64,000 bases of DNA, from the NCBI GenBank assembly GCA_017558005.1, contig JAFYWN010000007.1:9374-73373 (forward strand), read 5' to 3'. Source of the DNA: Kiritimatiellia bacterium. Its GTDB lineage: Bacteria > Verrucomicrobiota > Kiritimatiellia > RFP12 > DVOR01. Each line of letters begins with the position of its first letter. Positions within the stretch are counted from its first letter, which is position 1. This document shows positions 31,097-40,227 of the stretch, piece by piece. The position numbers and the translations under genes were made by a program. The notes beneath the pieces were generated by a model, which was not told the origin of the DNA, ran no database searches, and saw only the letters and a program-made list of their open reading frames with translations.

Positions 31097-31561
31097 TCAC
31101 AGACGGACTTTCAAGACGACCTTACGCACCTTGTCGCAACCCGGCACGCGGTGACCCGGTGCATGAGCATCCTGCGGGTAGAGCACAAAGAAGGTTCCCT
31201 TGGAGAACGGCACCAGCGCACCTTCACCCTTCACGAAGCCGATGTCGGATTCAGCATTGTAGGGCTTGAGTTCTTCAAGGTCTGCCGTGAGCGGACGATA
31301 GCCAATGGCTTCACAACCTTCGAAGAGATACTGGATATCAACATAGTCACGATGATATTCCAAAGAGCAATCTTCCGGTGCGCGGGTGTTGTACTCCTGA
31401 ACGTTGGCGTAGAGCAATTCCGTGCCGTCTGCGGCCTGTTCAATCACATGATGCCCCGTAGGAAGGGTGGCATTTGCGGGGTCATTCAACCATGCAAAGG
31501 CCTTATCAAAAAGCGGACCCAAGTTCAACTTTCCCGCATTTTCGAGTGTATCGATAATCAT
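31097..31561 (-). CDS. YhcH/YjgK/YiaL family protein (DUF386).
   Basis: Its size and sequence resemble this beta-sandwich family. Start chosen at MIIDTLEN with an AAGGAT RBS. Confidence 0.55.
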   Translation of the reverse strand: MIIDTLENAGKLNLGPLFDKAFAWLNDPANATLPTGHHVIEQAADGTELLYANVQEYNTRAPEDCSLEYHRDYVDIQYLFEGCEAIGYRPLTADLEELKPYNAESDIGFVKGEGALVPFSKGTFFVLYPQDAHAPGHRVPGCDKVRKVVLKVRL

Positions 31562-31633
31562 TTGTGTATCCTTTCTTATGATGTGTGAAATCAAATTGCG
31601 TGAGGGTTAGGCAGTCTAATGACGCACCAAACC

Positions 31634-31876
31634 TCAATTAAAGGGCTCACGTAAGAGCGTGCCATCGGTTTCGGAGGCCTTAATCTTCTCCACGCGTTGT
31701 TGCACTTCGGAGAGCTTGGCATTACAAAATGCCACTAATTTGCGACCTTCTTCAAAAGCATCCATCATCTGATCCAACGGCAACGTACCACTTTCCATCG
31801 CCGTAATCAGTTCATCCAAACGTGCAGATGCCGCTTCAAAGGTAGTGGGCTCTTTTTTGGCTTTTGCAGTACTCAT
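31634..31876 (-). CDS. xseB: Exodeoxyribonuclease VII small subunit.
   Basis: It is 80 aa with the XseB-like helical hairpin (FEAASARLDELITAMESGTLPLDQMMDAFEEG). Confidence 0.8.
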   Translation of the reverse strand: MSTAKAKKEPTTFEAASARLDELITAMESGTLPLDQMMDAFEEGRKLVAFCNAKLSEVQQRVEKIKASETDGTLLREPFN

Positions 31877-31883
31877 GGCGCTT

Positions 31884-34172
31884 TTACTCCGTCACGTTGT
31901 AACGTTCTTTTAATTCCTGACGCAAACGCTCCGCTTCGCGGGTACGACCCTCCGCTGTGAGCAATGCAATCGCTTCACGAAATGCGGGAGTGACGCGTTC
32001 CTTGTCGTCAAAGAAGATAATCAGGCTCATATTGGCGCGAAGGGCTTCCGCATTCTGCCCCAGCGCCTTACATGCCGCTGCCAAACCGCCATATGCCTTG
32101 GCGCGATTCAAGCGTCCCTCGGCAGTGTCCATGTCGGCTGCAGAGATTGCGCGCGTAAAGGCAGCTTTCGCCTTTTCACAATCGCCTTCAGCCAAGCGCA
32201 ATTCACCCAAACCAACCGCCGCTTCGGCGTCATAGGCAGTCTTTTCGGCGCTGATATTCAACGCCGCTTCGTAGGCCGCTAAGGCCGTTGCGGCCTGACC
32301 GCGCCCTTGCGCCGCCTTACCAATCAACGTCTGTGCGAGCACTTTGTCAGCCGCCGTTGCCGAAGGCTTTGCCGCTAATACGCGTGCCGCCGCTTCTGCT
32401 TCTGCCCACTCTGCGCGCTCCAAACGGAAATCTGCGAGCCAACGCAAATAGGTCGGCGCCAAGGTCTCTGCGTCCTTCATGCCCAAAAGCGGTTGCAACA
32501 AAGCCGCCGCTTCATCATTCTGTCCGAGGGAGTGCAGTGCTTGCGCGCGACGCATCGCCGCATCAATGCGGCGGGCATGACCCAGCGGTGTGCGATTCTC
32601 ATCGCCATTTACCGCGAGTGCCTTTGCTAAATGATTTGCCGCAGCTTGGAAATCCTGCGCATTGAAGAAGATTAAACCACGCAAATAGGCCGCTTCTGCC
32701 ACTGCCTTCCCCTGCGGGAAACGGGTCAGATATTCATCCAGGGCCGCCGTTGCGCCCGCCACATCTTGTTCACTTAAAGCATCACGTGCTCGCAAAAGTA
32801 AGGCATCGGGCACCACCATCGCATCACCCGAAGCTAATGCTAAAGCAAGTGCCTGCTCTGCGCGATCTTTCATCTCTGCCTGACGGAATGCACAGGCTGC
32901 CGCAAATGCCGAACGTCCCGCGCAGGGCATCGTGGGCCACGTCTCAGCTGTGCGCAACCAGATTTCACCCGCCGCCGCATAATTCTTTTCCTTATGCTCT
33001 AATGCGCCAAGACGATACGAGGCTTCTGCCGCCTGTTCTGCAGGAGCGTGTTCCATCAACCAAGTCGCCGCGGCACGTGTGTGAACGACATTCGCCGTTT
33101 GGAGTGCCGCATCCAGACGATACCACATCAAAACCGAATAGGCCTTTTCGGGCAGAATCGTTGCGACGCGTGCATAGGCTTTGAGGAATGCCGCAGGATC
33201 GCCAGCGCGTGCACGCAGGGTCAACATCGCCTCTGCGGCAGAGGGTGCCTGCGGGTCATTGGGGAATTCGCTTAAGAGACGTTCATATGCCGTAATCGCA
33301 CCGATTTCATCGCCGAGGGCCGTGAAGACTGCGCCTTCTAAGACCAAGCGACCTGGCGTAGCCGCCGCATTCACGACCTTATCTGCAGAGAGCCAAATGC
33401 GCGCTTCATCGGGACGATTCGCACGTAACGCCGCCCAAGAGGCGGGCAACAATAAGGTGTGTTTCGCCAAGAGCTTCTCGCCGACTTCTTTTGCAAAGCT
33501 GGCCGCTTCGGGATAGCGTGCCGAACGATAGGCACCCGAAAATGCAGCTAAAGCCACCTCTTTTTTGCGGTCAGGATTGGTTTCTGCGGCAAGAATTTCG
33601 CGGTACAACTTTTCCGCTTCTTCATGACGGCTTGCCGTCTTTGCGATTAAGGTCGCCTGAGTCAAGCGCGCATGGGCCGCATACTTTCCCTTTTGGGAGG
33701 CGATGTATTTGTACAAAGCCTCCGCATCGCGAGGACGATTCACCGCCTCATAGCAAACCGCCAGGCGATACTGAGCCGCTTCACGGATATCCTTTGAGTC
33801 GCGATTGACCGAAAGGGTGTCTAAAATCGGCAAAGCCTGAGCCGCTTCATTATTTTCAAGCAACGAAATGGCTAAGCGTAACTTCGCCGCCGCGGCGCGT
33901 TCGCCCTTGGCCAATTCGGAGACCTTTTTGTAAAGCGCACGAGCCTCTTTGTCACGCCCCAAGCGTTCATAGCACTCTGCAAGGTTGAAGCGCACCTCAT
34001 TCTGCAAGTCATCAGAAGCCGAGCCGGGCGCCTTCAAAAAGGCTTCATACTCTGTGGCCGCCTGTTCTGACAAGCCTCGACGGAAGAGACCTTCGGCAAA
34101 GGTTAAGCGTTCATCTGCGGCGTGCAACATCGCCACGCAAAAACAACACAATAAACAACAAATTAGACGCAT
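31884..34172 (-). CDS. Secreted TPR-repeat protein (about 760 aa).
   Basis: It carries many Ala/Leu-rich TPR-like repeats. Start chosen at MRLICCLLCCFCVAMLHAADERL (a signal peptide). The upstream ORF extension lacks coding character. Confidence 0.7.
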   Translation of the reverse strand: MRLICCLLCCFCVAMLHAADERLTFAEGLFRRGLSEQAATEYEAFLKAPGSASDDLQNEVRFNLAECYERLGRDKEARALYKKVSELAKGERAAAAKLRLAISLLENNEAAQALPILDTLSVNRDSKDIREAAQYRLAVCYEAVNRPRDAEALYKYIASQKGKYAAHARLTQATLIAKTASRHEEAEKLYREILAAETNPDRKKEVALAAFSGAYRSARYPEAASFAKEVGEKLLAKHTLLLPASWAALRANRPDEARIWLSADKVVNAAATPGRLVLEGAVFTALGDEIGAITAYERLLSEFPNDPQAPSAAEAMLTLRARAGDPAAFLKAYARVATILPEKAYSVLMWYRLDAALQTANVVHTRAAATWLMEHAPAEQAAEASYRLGALEHKEKNYAAAGEIWLRTAETWPTMPCAGRSAFAAACAFRQAEMKDRAEQALALALASGDAMVVPDALLLRARDALSEQDVAGATAALDEYLTRFPQGKAVAEAAYLRGLIFFNAQDFQAAANHLAKALAVNGDENRTPLGHARRIDAAMRRAQALHSLGQNDEAAALLQPLLGMKDAETLAPTYLRWLADFRLERAEWAEAEAAARVLAAKPSATAADKVLAQTLIGKAAQGRGQAATALAAYEAALNISAEKTAYDAEAAVGLGELRLAEGDCEKAKAAFTRAISAADMDTAEGRLNRAKAYGGLAAACKALGQNAEALRANMSLIIFFDDKERVTPAFREAIALLTAEGRTREAERLRQELKERYNVTE

Positions 34173-34191
34173 AGTATTCCAATAAACAACA

Positions 34192-34803
34192 TTAGCCGAT
34201 GATGACTCGACGTCCCTCAATGCGCAAACGCCCCGCTGCGAGATGACGGAGGGCTTCTGGGAAGGCGATGTGCTCCTGCACTTGAATGCGCGCATGGAGC
34301 GTCTCAGGGGTGTCCCCCTCCTCCACAGGCACGCACTTCTGCACAATAATCGGTCCGCTATCGGTGCCCGCATCCACAAAGTGTACCGTGCATCCCGCCA
34401 CCTTTGTGCCATAATCAAGTGCTTGCTTCCAAGAGTGCAAGCCTGGGAAGGCTGGCAAAAGTGCAGGATGGATGTTTAAGACGCGATTGGGGAAGGCAGC
34501 CAAAAGGCCTGGCTTCACAATACGCATAAAGCCTGCGAGCACCACGGTGTCTGCGCCTGCTTCCTTCATAATGCGAATGTATTCTTGTTCGGCTTCGCCA
34601 TCCAGCTTCGTCTTAAACGGTGCGCAGGAGACATAGCGTCCCGGCAAACCGTGCTTGGCCGCGCGCTCAAGAATCTTCGCATCTGGCACGTCTGCCAAGA
34701 CGCACACAATTTCTGCATCCAAAGTTCCAGCTTCAATCGCGTCCACGATGGACTGCATATTGCTTCCAGAACCAGAACCCAATACTGCAAGCTTCAATTT
34801 CAC
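34192..34803 (-). CDS. purN: Phosphoribosylglycinamide formyltransferase PurN.
   Basis: The motifs LAVLGSGSGSNMQ and NIHPALLP are present. A GTG start has a GGAGG RBS 7 nt upstream. The start overlaps the cmk stop (GTGA). Confidence 0.85.
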   Translation of the reverse strand: MKLKLAVLGSGSGSNMQSIVDAIEAGTLDAEIVCVLADVPDAKILERAAKHGLPGRYVSCAPFKTKLDGEAEQEYIRIMKEAGADTVVLAGFMRIVKPGLLAAFPNRVLNIHPALLPAFPGLHSWKQALDYGTKVAGCTVHFVDAGTDSGPIIVQKCVPVEEGDTPETLHARIQVQEHIAFPEALRHLAAGRLRIEGRRVIIG

Positions 34804-35519
34804 TTTGTTTCCTCCGTGGTTGCAGCCGGGGTCTTCCAATCTTCAGGCAGTGCATCAATCACGGTCTGCACCACTTGTTCCAACGTCAAATAGGTCGAAT
34901 CAATCGCCACCACGCCATCTGCCTTACGCAGCGGAGCGCATGCACGCGAAGAGTCAATGCGGTCACGTGCCAAAAGCGATTCCTTCACCGCTTCCACGTC
35001 CTGATTGGCGATACCCTTCTGCACTTCTTCGAGTTGGCGACGGGCCGCACGCACCGCCGGATCTGCTTCGAGGTAGAAACGTGCAGGCGAGTCTGGGAAG
35101 ACGGCCGTGGTAATATCGCGACCTTCGATAATCAGATTGCCAAAACGGGTGAGGCTGCGAAGTCCTGCGGTAATCTTTTCACGCACAGCAGGCACCGTTG
35201 CCACAGGAGAGGCATGGGCATTAATGCGCGGTTCACGCAGTTCCTTGTCGGGGCGAATTCCACCCACTTCATAGACCACGCGACCATCTTCTGCCTTACA
35301 GTCGATTGCCAAATCCTTGGCCAAAGCGGCCACGGCTTCTGGATTAGCCGTATCCACGCCCTGCTCCAAGCACTGCCACGTCACAATGCGATACAGAGCA
35401 CCAGAGTCAACGTGAAGGTAACCCAAACGGCGGCCCACCTCCTTGGATACGGAGGATTTACCGGCACCACTGGGGCCATCAATAGCGATTACGCGTGCGG
35501 AAGGATTTTCTGTTGTCAT
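34800..35519 (-). CDS. cmk: Cytidylate kinase domain, in frame with ftsH with no stop between.
   Basis: The P-loop IAIDGPSGAGKSS and a cmk-like remainder are present. It is preceded in the same frame by ...[12 protein letters not shown] with no intervening stop. Confidence 0.8.
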   Translation of the reverse strand: MTTENPSARVIAIDGPSGAGKSSVSKEVGRRLGYLHVDSGALYRIVTWQCLEQGVDTANPEAVAALAKDLAIDCKAEDGRVVYEVGGIRPDKELREPRINAHASPVATVPAVREKITAGLRSLTRFGNLIIEGRDITTAVFPDSPARFYLEADPAVRAARRQLEEVQKGIANQDVEAVKESLLARDRIDSSRACAPLRKADGVVAIDSTYLTLEQVVQTVIDALPEDWKTPAATTEETK

Positions 35520-37529
35520 AGTCTGCTGCTCCTCTTCTGCCGAAAGACGCTTCACTTCAGGCTTGATTCCCGTTTGAATCAAACGCTCCACGTCGCGACC
35601 GTCGGCGGTTTCCACTTCTAAAAGATACTCAACTAAAAGTTCAAGTTTGTCACGATTCGCGCCAATGATTTCCTCACCACGGCGATATGCTGCTTCCACG
35701 AGCTGCGTCACTTCTTCATCAATTGCGCGCGCAGTGGCTTCGGAGTGATCCTGTTTGCGACCAATTTCTCGACCGAGATAGATCTGCTCTTCGTTATCCC
35801 CGAAGGCTTGGAAGCCAAATCGTTCGCTCATGCCATAGGCGCAGACCATCTGACGAGCCAGGCGGGTCGCCATCTTAATGTCTTGCGATGCACCAGTCGA
35901 GCGTTCGCCCGTAAAATACTTTTCGGCGATACGCCCGGCCGTCAAGACCACGAGCATATCCTTCATTTCATTCTCAGTGCGATTCAAAACGTCTCGCTCA
36001 GGCAGGGTCATCGTTGCACCCAGTGCGCGACCACGCGGGATGATTGTCACTTTGTGCAAGGGTTCCGTGTGCTCCAAAAGCACCTGCGCCAAGGCATGAC
36101 CACCTTCATGCCACGCCGTAATGCGGCGATCCTTATCGGCCATCGTGTGCGAACGACGTTCACGGCCCCACAGGACCTTGTCGCGCGCCTCTTCTAAGTC
36201 GGCATGAGTCACCTTTGTGCGACGAGCACGTGCCGCCAATAGTGCCGCTTCATTCAGCAAGTTGGCGAGGTCTGCACCAGAAAAACCTGGCGTACCGCGC
36301 GCAACGCGTTCCAAATCCACGTCTTCGCCCAACTTCACCTTATCGGCGTGCACCTTCAAAATCGCCACACGCCCCTCGACCGTGGGCAAGTCAACGACAA
36401 TCTGGCGGTCGAAACGGCCCGGGCGCGTCAATGCGGGGTCAAGCACGTCCACACGGTTGGTCGCTGCCATGACAATCACGCCACTATTGCCCTCAAAGCC
36501 ATCCATCTCCACGAGCATCGCATTCAACGTCTGTTCGCGTTCGTCATGCCCACCGCCGATGCCGGTAAAGCGCGTACGGCCAATCGCATCAATTTCGTCA
36601 ATGAAGAGGATACACGGCGCATTCTTCTTGGCCTGATCAAACATGTCGCGCACGCGGCTCGCGCCGACGCCCACAAACATTTCCACAAAGTCAGAACCCG
36701 AAATGGAGAAGAAAGGCACCTCTGCTTCACCTGCGATTGCCTTCGCGAGCAACGTCTTACCCGTGCCAGGAGGCCCCATCAAGAGAACACCTTTCGGCAC
36801 CTTACCACCCACCGCTTCAAAGCGCGCAGGCTCCTTCAAGAAATCAACAATTTCCTGCACCTCTTCCTTCGCCTCATCCACGCCAGCGACGTCCTTGAAG
36901 CGAATCTTCGCATCTTCCTTGTTCATCATCTTGGCGCGTGATTTACCAAAGGCAAAGGGGCCATCATTGCCACCGCCCATTCTGCGCATGAAGAGCACGT
37001 AAAAGAGCACAAAGAAGAGAATGATTGGCAGAAGCGAAACCATAATCGGTCCCCACCAACTGCGATTATTCTCTTGAATCGTGCGCACACCAGCCTGCGC
37101 CAAACGCGTCTCGAGCCCTTCAGTGTCAAGCAGATTCAGCTTAAAGGATTCACCCTGTGCCTTCGGGTCAACTTGCGCGCCGTCCGCAGTAGGCTTGGGC
37201 AACCACTGCCCTTGCAAAAAGGTCTCATCTTCTCCTTCTCGGATTAACTTCACCTCTGCAAGTGCCGCATTTCCCTTCACGCCCCCTGCTTCATCTTTGA
37301 CGACACCCGCCTCAACGCGTTGCCAGAAATCCAACTGCGAAAGCGGGGCCTCCGCTTTACTCAGGTTTAATCCCTCGCCACCGCCATTGAACAAGGCAAT
37401 CAAAGAGAAGATAAAGACCGCCAAAAGAACCCACACCATCACAGGTGCGCGCCAATGGGGTTTCTTATCCTTGTTATCGGGGGTATTCTCTTTTTTTCCG
37501 GGATTCGGCTTCTTTTCGTCTTTCGACAT
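35520..37529 (-). CDS. ftsH: ATP-dependent zinc metalloprotease FtsH, fused read-through into cmk.
   Basis: It has two N-terminal TM segments, AAA+ motifs (GPPGTGKT, the DEIDA Walker B, the second region of homology) and the HEGGH zinc motif. Start at MSKDEKK has a GAGGAG RBS. Confidence 0.9.
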
Positions 37530-37530
37530 C

Positions 37531-38466
37531 TTAGCTCCTCTGAACTTCGCGTCCCTTTTCCTGCGAGACGAGAATTTCAAACATTTGATCATTTTGCTTC
37601 TTACAGGCACCCAAAATCAACCCCACGCCATAGGAAAGCAAACCCGCCATGGCGAGGAAGCCGGAGAAGTTCAACGTCGGCTGACGCGGCACTTCGCCGA
37701 TCTTAAAGTATTCAATCAACACCGGCACAAACAATGCCATTGCGCAGAGCAATAACACCGTACCGACGACTCCAAAGAAGAACTCCGGACGATAAAAACG
37801 GAAGAGATTGAAAATCGTCTTCAGTACGCGAATACCATCGCTCACAGTGTTCAACTTCGAGACACTGCCCTCAGGACGATCGCGATACTGCACCGGCACT
37901 TCAATCAAGCTCATACGCTTATCAATCGTGTGCAGCGTCATCTCGGTTTCAATCTCAAAGCCCTGCGCCAAAACTGGGCAACTCTTCACGAAGAGACGGC
38001 TAAATGCACGATAACCCGTCATCACGTCATTCACACGCTGGCCCCACAAAAGGCGAATCAACGTGCAGACCAACGTATTCCCGAAATTATGTCCAGGGCG
38101 CTTATTCTCCTGCATGTACGTTGACGAGAGACGGTCACCATTGACCATATCCGCCTCGCCATCAAGGACAGGCTTAATCAACTTATGCACCTCATCTGCC
38201 GGATAAGTGTCATCAGAGTCCACCATCACATAGACATCTGCATCCACCTCCTGGAACATACGACGCACCACATGGCCCTTACCCTGTTGCGGCACGCGAC
38301 GAACGAATGCACCTGCAGCCTGAGCCAAGTCCGCAGACCCGTCAGAACTGTTATTGTCATAAACCCAAATATCCGCATCCGGCAACTCCGCGCGAAAATC
38401 CCGCACCACCTTCTCAATCGTCAAGGCTTCATTGTAACAAGGCAACAATACGGCGACCTTTGGCAT
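37531..38466 (-). CDS. GT2-family glycosyltransferase (dolichyl-phosphate mannosyltransferase-like).
   Basis: The N-terminal blocks VAVLLPCYNE and VYDNNSSDGS, the DSDD motif and C-terminal TM helices are present. An AGGAGG RBS precedes MPKVAV. Confidence 0.8.
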   Translation of the reverse strand: MPKVAVLLPCYNEALTIEKVVRDFRAELPDADIWVYDNNSSDGSADLAQAAGAFVRRVPQQGKGHVVRRMFQEVDADVYVMVDSDDTYPADEVHKLIKPVLDGEADMVNGDRLSSTYMQENKRPGHNFGNTLVCTLIRLLWGQRVNDVMTGYRAFSRLFVKSCPVLAQGFEIETEMTLHTIDKRMSLIEVPVQYRDRPEGSVSKLNTVSDGIRVLKTIFNLFRFYRPEFFFGVVGTVLLLCAMALFVPVLIEYFKIGEVPRQPTLNFSGFLAMAGLLSYGVGLILGACKKQNDQMFEILVSQEKGREVQRS

Positions 38467-38638
38467 AGTCTTCCTCCTTATAAAATTCCGCCCAAAATTA
38501 TACCACATTTCCCCCAACTCAAATATTTATTTTAATTAATGTATGTAAAAGATTCAGCCAAACTCGCCTCAAAATCCCCTGCGAGTGCTGGGCACAGGTG
38601 CCCGACAGTGGCCAATCGACAGTTGGCGCCTCTGGCGC

Positions 38639-38707
38639 TGGTTGACGGCGCTTCGCACCGTGGTTAAGCGGCAGAGCCGCTGGTTGACGAGCTCGCTCGT
38701 GGTTAAT
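38639..38707 (+). repeat. Four direct TGGTTRA repeats spaced about 20 bp apart, each preceded by a short GC hairpin.
   Basis: TGGTTGAC occurs at 38639, TGGTTAAG at 38661, TGGTTGAC at 38681 and TGGTTAAT at 38700. The array lies 170-240 bp upstream of the GT2/ftsH operon start. Confidence 0.4.
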
Positions 38708-39045
38708 GCCTAACGGCATGGATGGTGGCTTTGCCACAGGACTGCCAGTGTGGGGGTCTCCACGAGTCGCACAGTCATGCACGCTGCGTCGCACGGGCAC
38801 ATATCCGTGCTCCGCCAGCGTGCGCTTGTCTCTTCTTACTCCTCTCTTCTCACTTCTTACTACAAGGGCGCAGCCGCTTAACTGGGGAATATGCGCTCGA
38901 GCACGAAGTGCTGAGAAACAGGCAACTCAAGTGAGCTTAGCGAACGAAACTTAGAACTTGTGGCGTAGCCACCCCGTGGACTCTAAAATTCGTATAAATT
39001 CGTAAAATTCGTGGTTAAAATCCCGTGCGCGAAAAGTTCACTTTT

Positions 39046-39537
39046 TCCATTTTTTCATCGATTTTTCGCTTGTTGAAAACTTTTTTTAGTTATCAACAAG
39101 TTATCAACAATTCACATTTCACGACGCAGTTTTTTGAAATTTTATGGCAGATCAACGGATTTTCGGCGTTTTTGCTCAACCTTGTTAAAAATGCATAACT
39201 CATTGAGTAGTATGGAGATAAAGCAAAAATAGAGCAAAATTAACTCCGCTACAGTCGCTTCCTTGCGAAATTTTGGACCCAGAGTGATAGAAAAGTTATC
39301 AACAAGTAGCAGCTTTTTGGGAGAAAGCTAAAGCAATTCCGGGTCAATATCAGCGAAATTGGTGAGCAGTATCAGCGAAATTGATGAGCAATATCAGCGA
39401 TTTCGGGTGACCAAAATCAGCGATTTTCAGGCGGAATTTTCGCTTACTTATCGCGAAATTTTCGCTTACCTGGTTCGGTAGAGTTGACTACTTGGCTCCG
39501 GTTTGCTACACTTTTAATGTGTGTAGAGAGAAGAGAT
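39046..39537. repeat. Copy B of the ~500-bp repeat element, inverted relative to copy A.
   Basis: It is the reverse complement of 5375-5874. Iterons TCAGCGAAATT occur at 39350, 39372, 39394 and 39417. TTATCAACA occurs at 39088, 39099 and 39296. Imperfect 32-50-bp direct repeats lie 216 bp outside each end (38795-38826 and 39754-39786). Confidence 0.8.
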
Positions 39538-39874
39538 TGGCTTCGCCATGTTTCGGGGTTTTGGGTTCTGGGTTCGGGGTTCGCGCCTGCGGCGCAGGAC
39601 GACGTGTGTTTAGGTTTTCCACGGTGGAGCACAATCTTGACGTTCGCTACCGCTCTCTGCCTCTCCTTGCGGAGATGGCCGACGGATTCGGCACTCCTCG
39701 CTACGGACAGGCGTCCTACTGCGGGCCCTCACCGTTGTCACGCTGCGAGAAATGGGCACATATCCATTTCTTCGCCAGCGTGCGCTCACCAAGATCTAAG
39801 GCGGCGTCCCTTTGCCCCTTCGTATTCGCCGCCCAACCAGGAACGCTCAACTGCAAGGGTATTGAATGGATAAA

Positions 39875-39919
39875 GAAAAACCCGCATAGCAGAACTCCAC
39901 GACAGAACTGCTATGCGGG
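39875..39919 (-). terminator. Rho-independent terminator on the minus strand at the left edge of the AT-rich island.
   Basis: A 12-bp perfect stem (CCCGCATAGCAG/CTGCTATGCGGG) with a 15-nt loop is followed on the minus strand by TTTTTCTTTAT. Confidence 0.55.
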
Positions 39920-40227
39920 ACCCAAACCAAAGGATTCCTTTGAAAAAAGGCAACCAATGATGGCGGGAAGCATATCAAAAGAATGGTAAAAGTGAAGCCA
40001 GAATTTTAAAAATTATTGCCTTTGAGTAATTACGGCAATGAGTTGTGATTTTTCCATAAAAAACCGATGCACCTATTAATTAATGTAAGAAACCCTCTTT
40101 CGGTTATGGGATAATTTTGATAGAATACTTTACTGTAAGGCTTGCAGAAAATGGCTTGCATTTTAGAGGCTATTTTGCCTGCAAAATGAGTGAATTTTGA
40201 GAGGGAGCATGCGAAAACGCATGTAGG

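Noticed and set aside
34620-35621. A 333-aa ORF antisense to purN/cmk.
   Set aside because: It overlaps two well-supported genes on the other strand and shows no family resemblance.
39492-39989. A 165-aa plus-strand ORF across the GC-rich spacer.
   Set aside because: It spans the repeat boundary, the G4 motif and the terminator hairpin. It lacks an RBS and its composition reflects GC-rich non-coding DNA.
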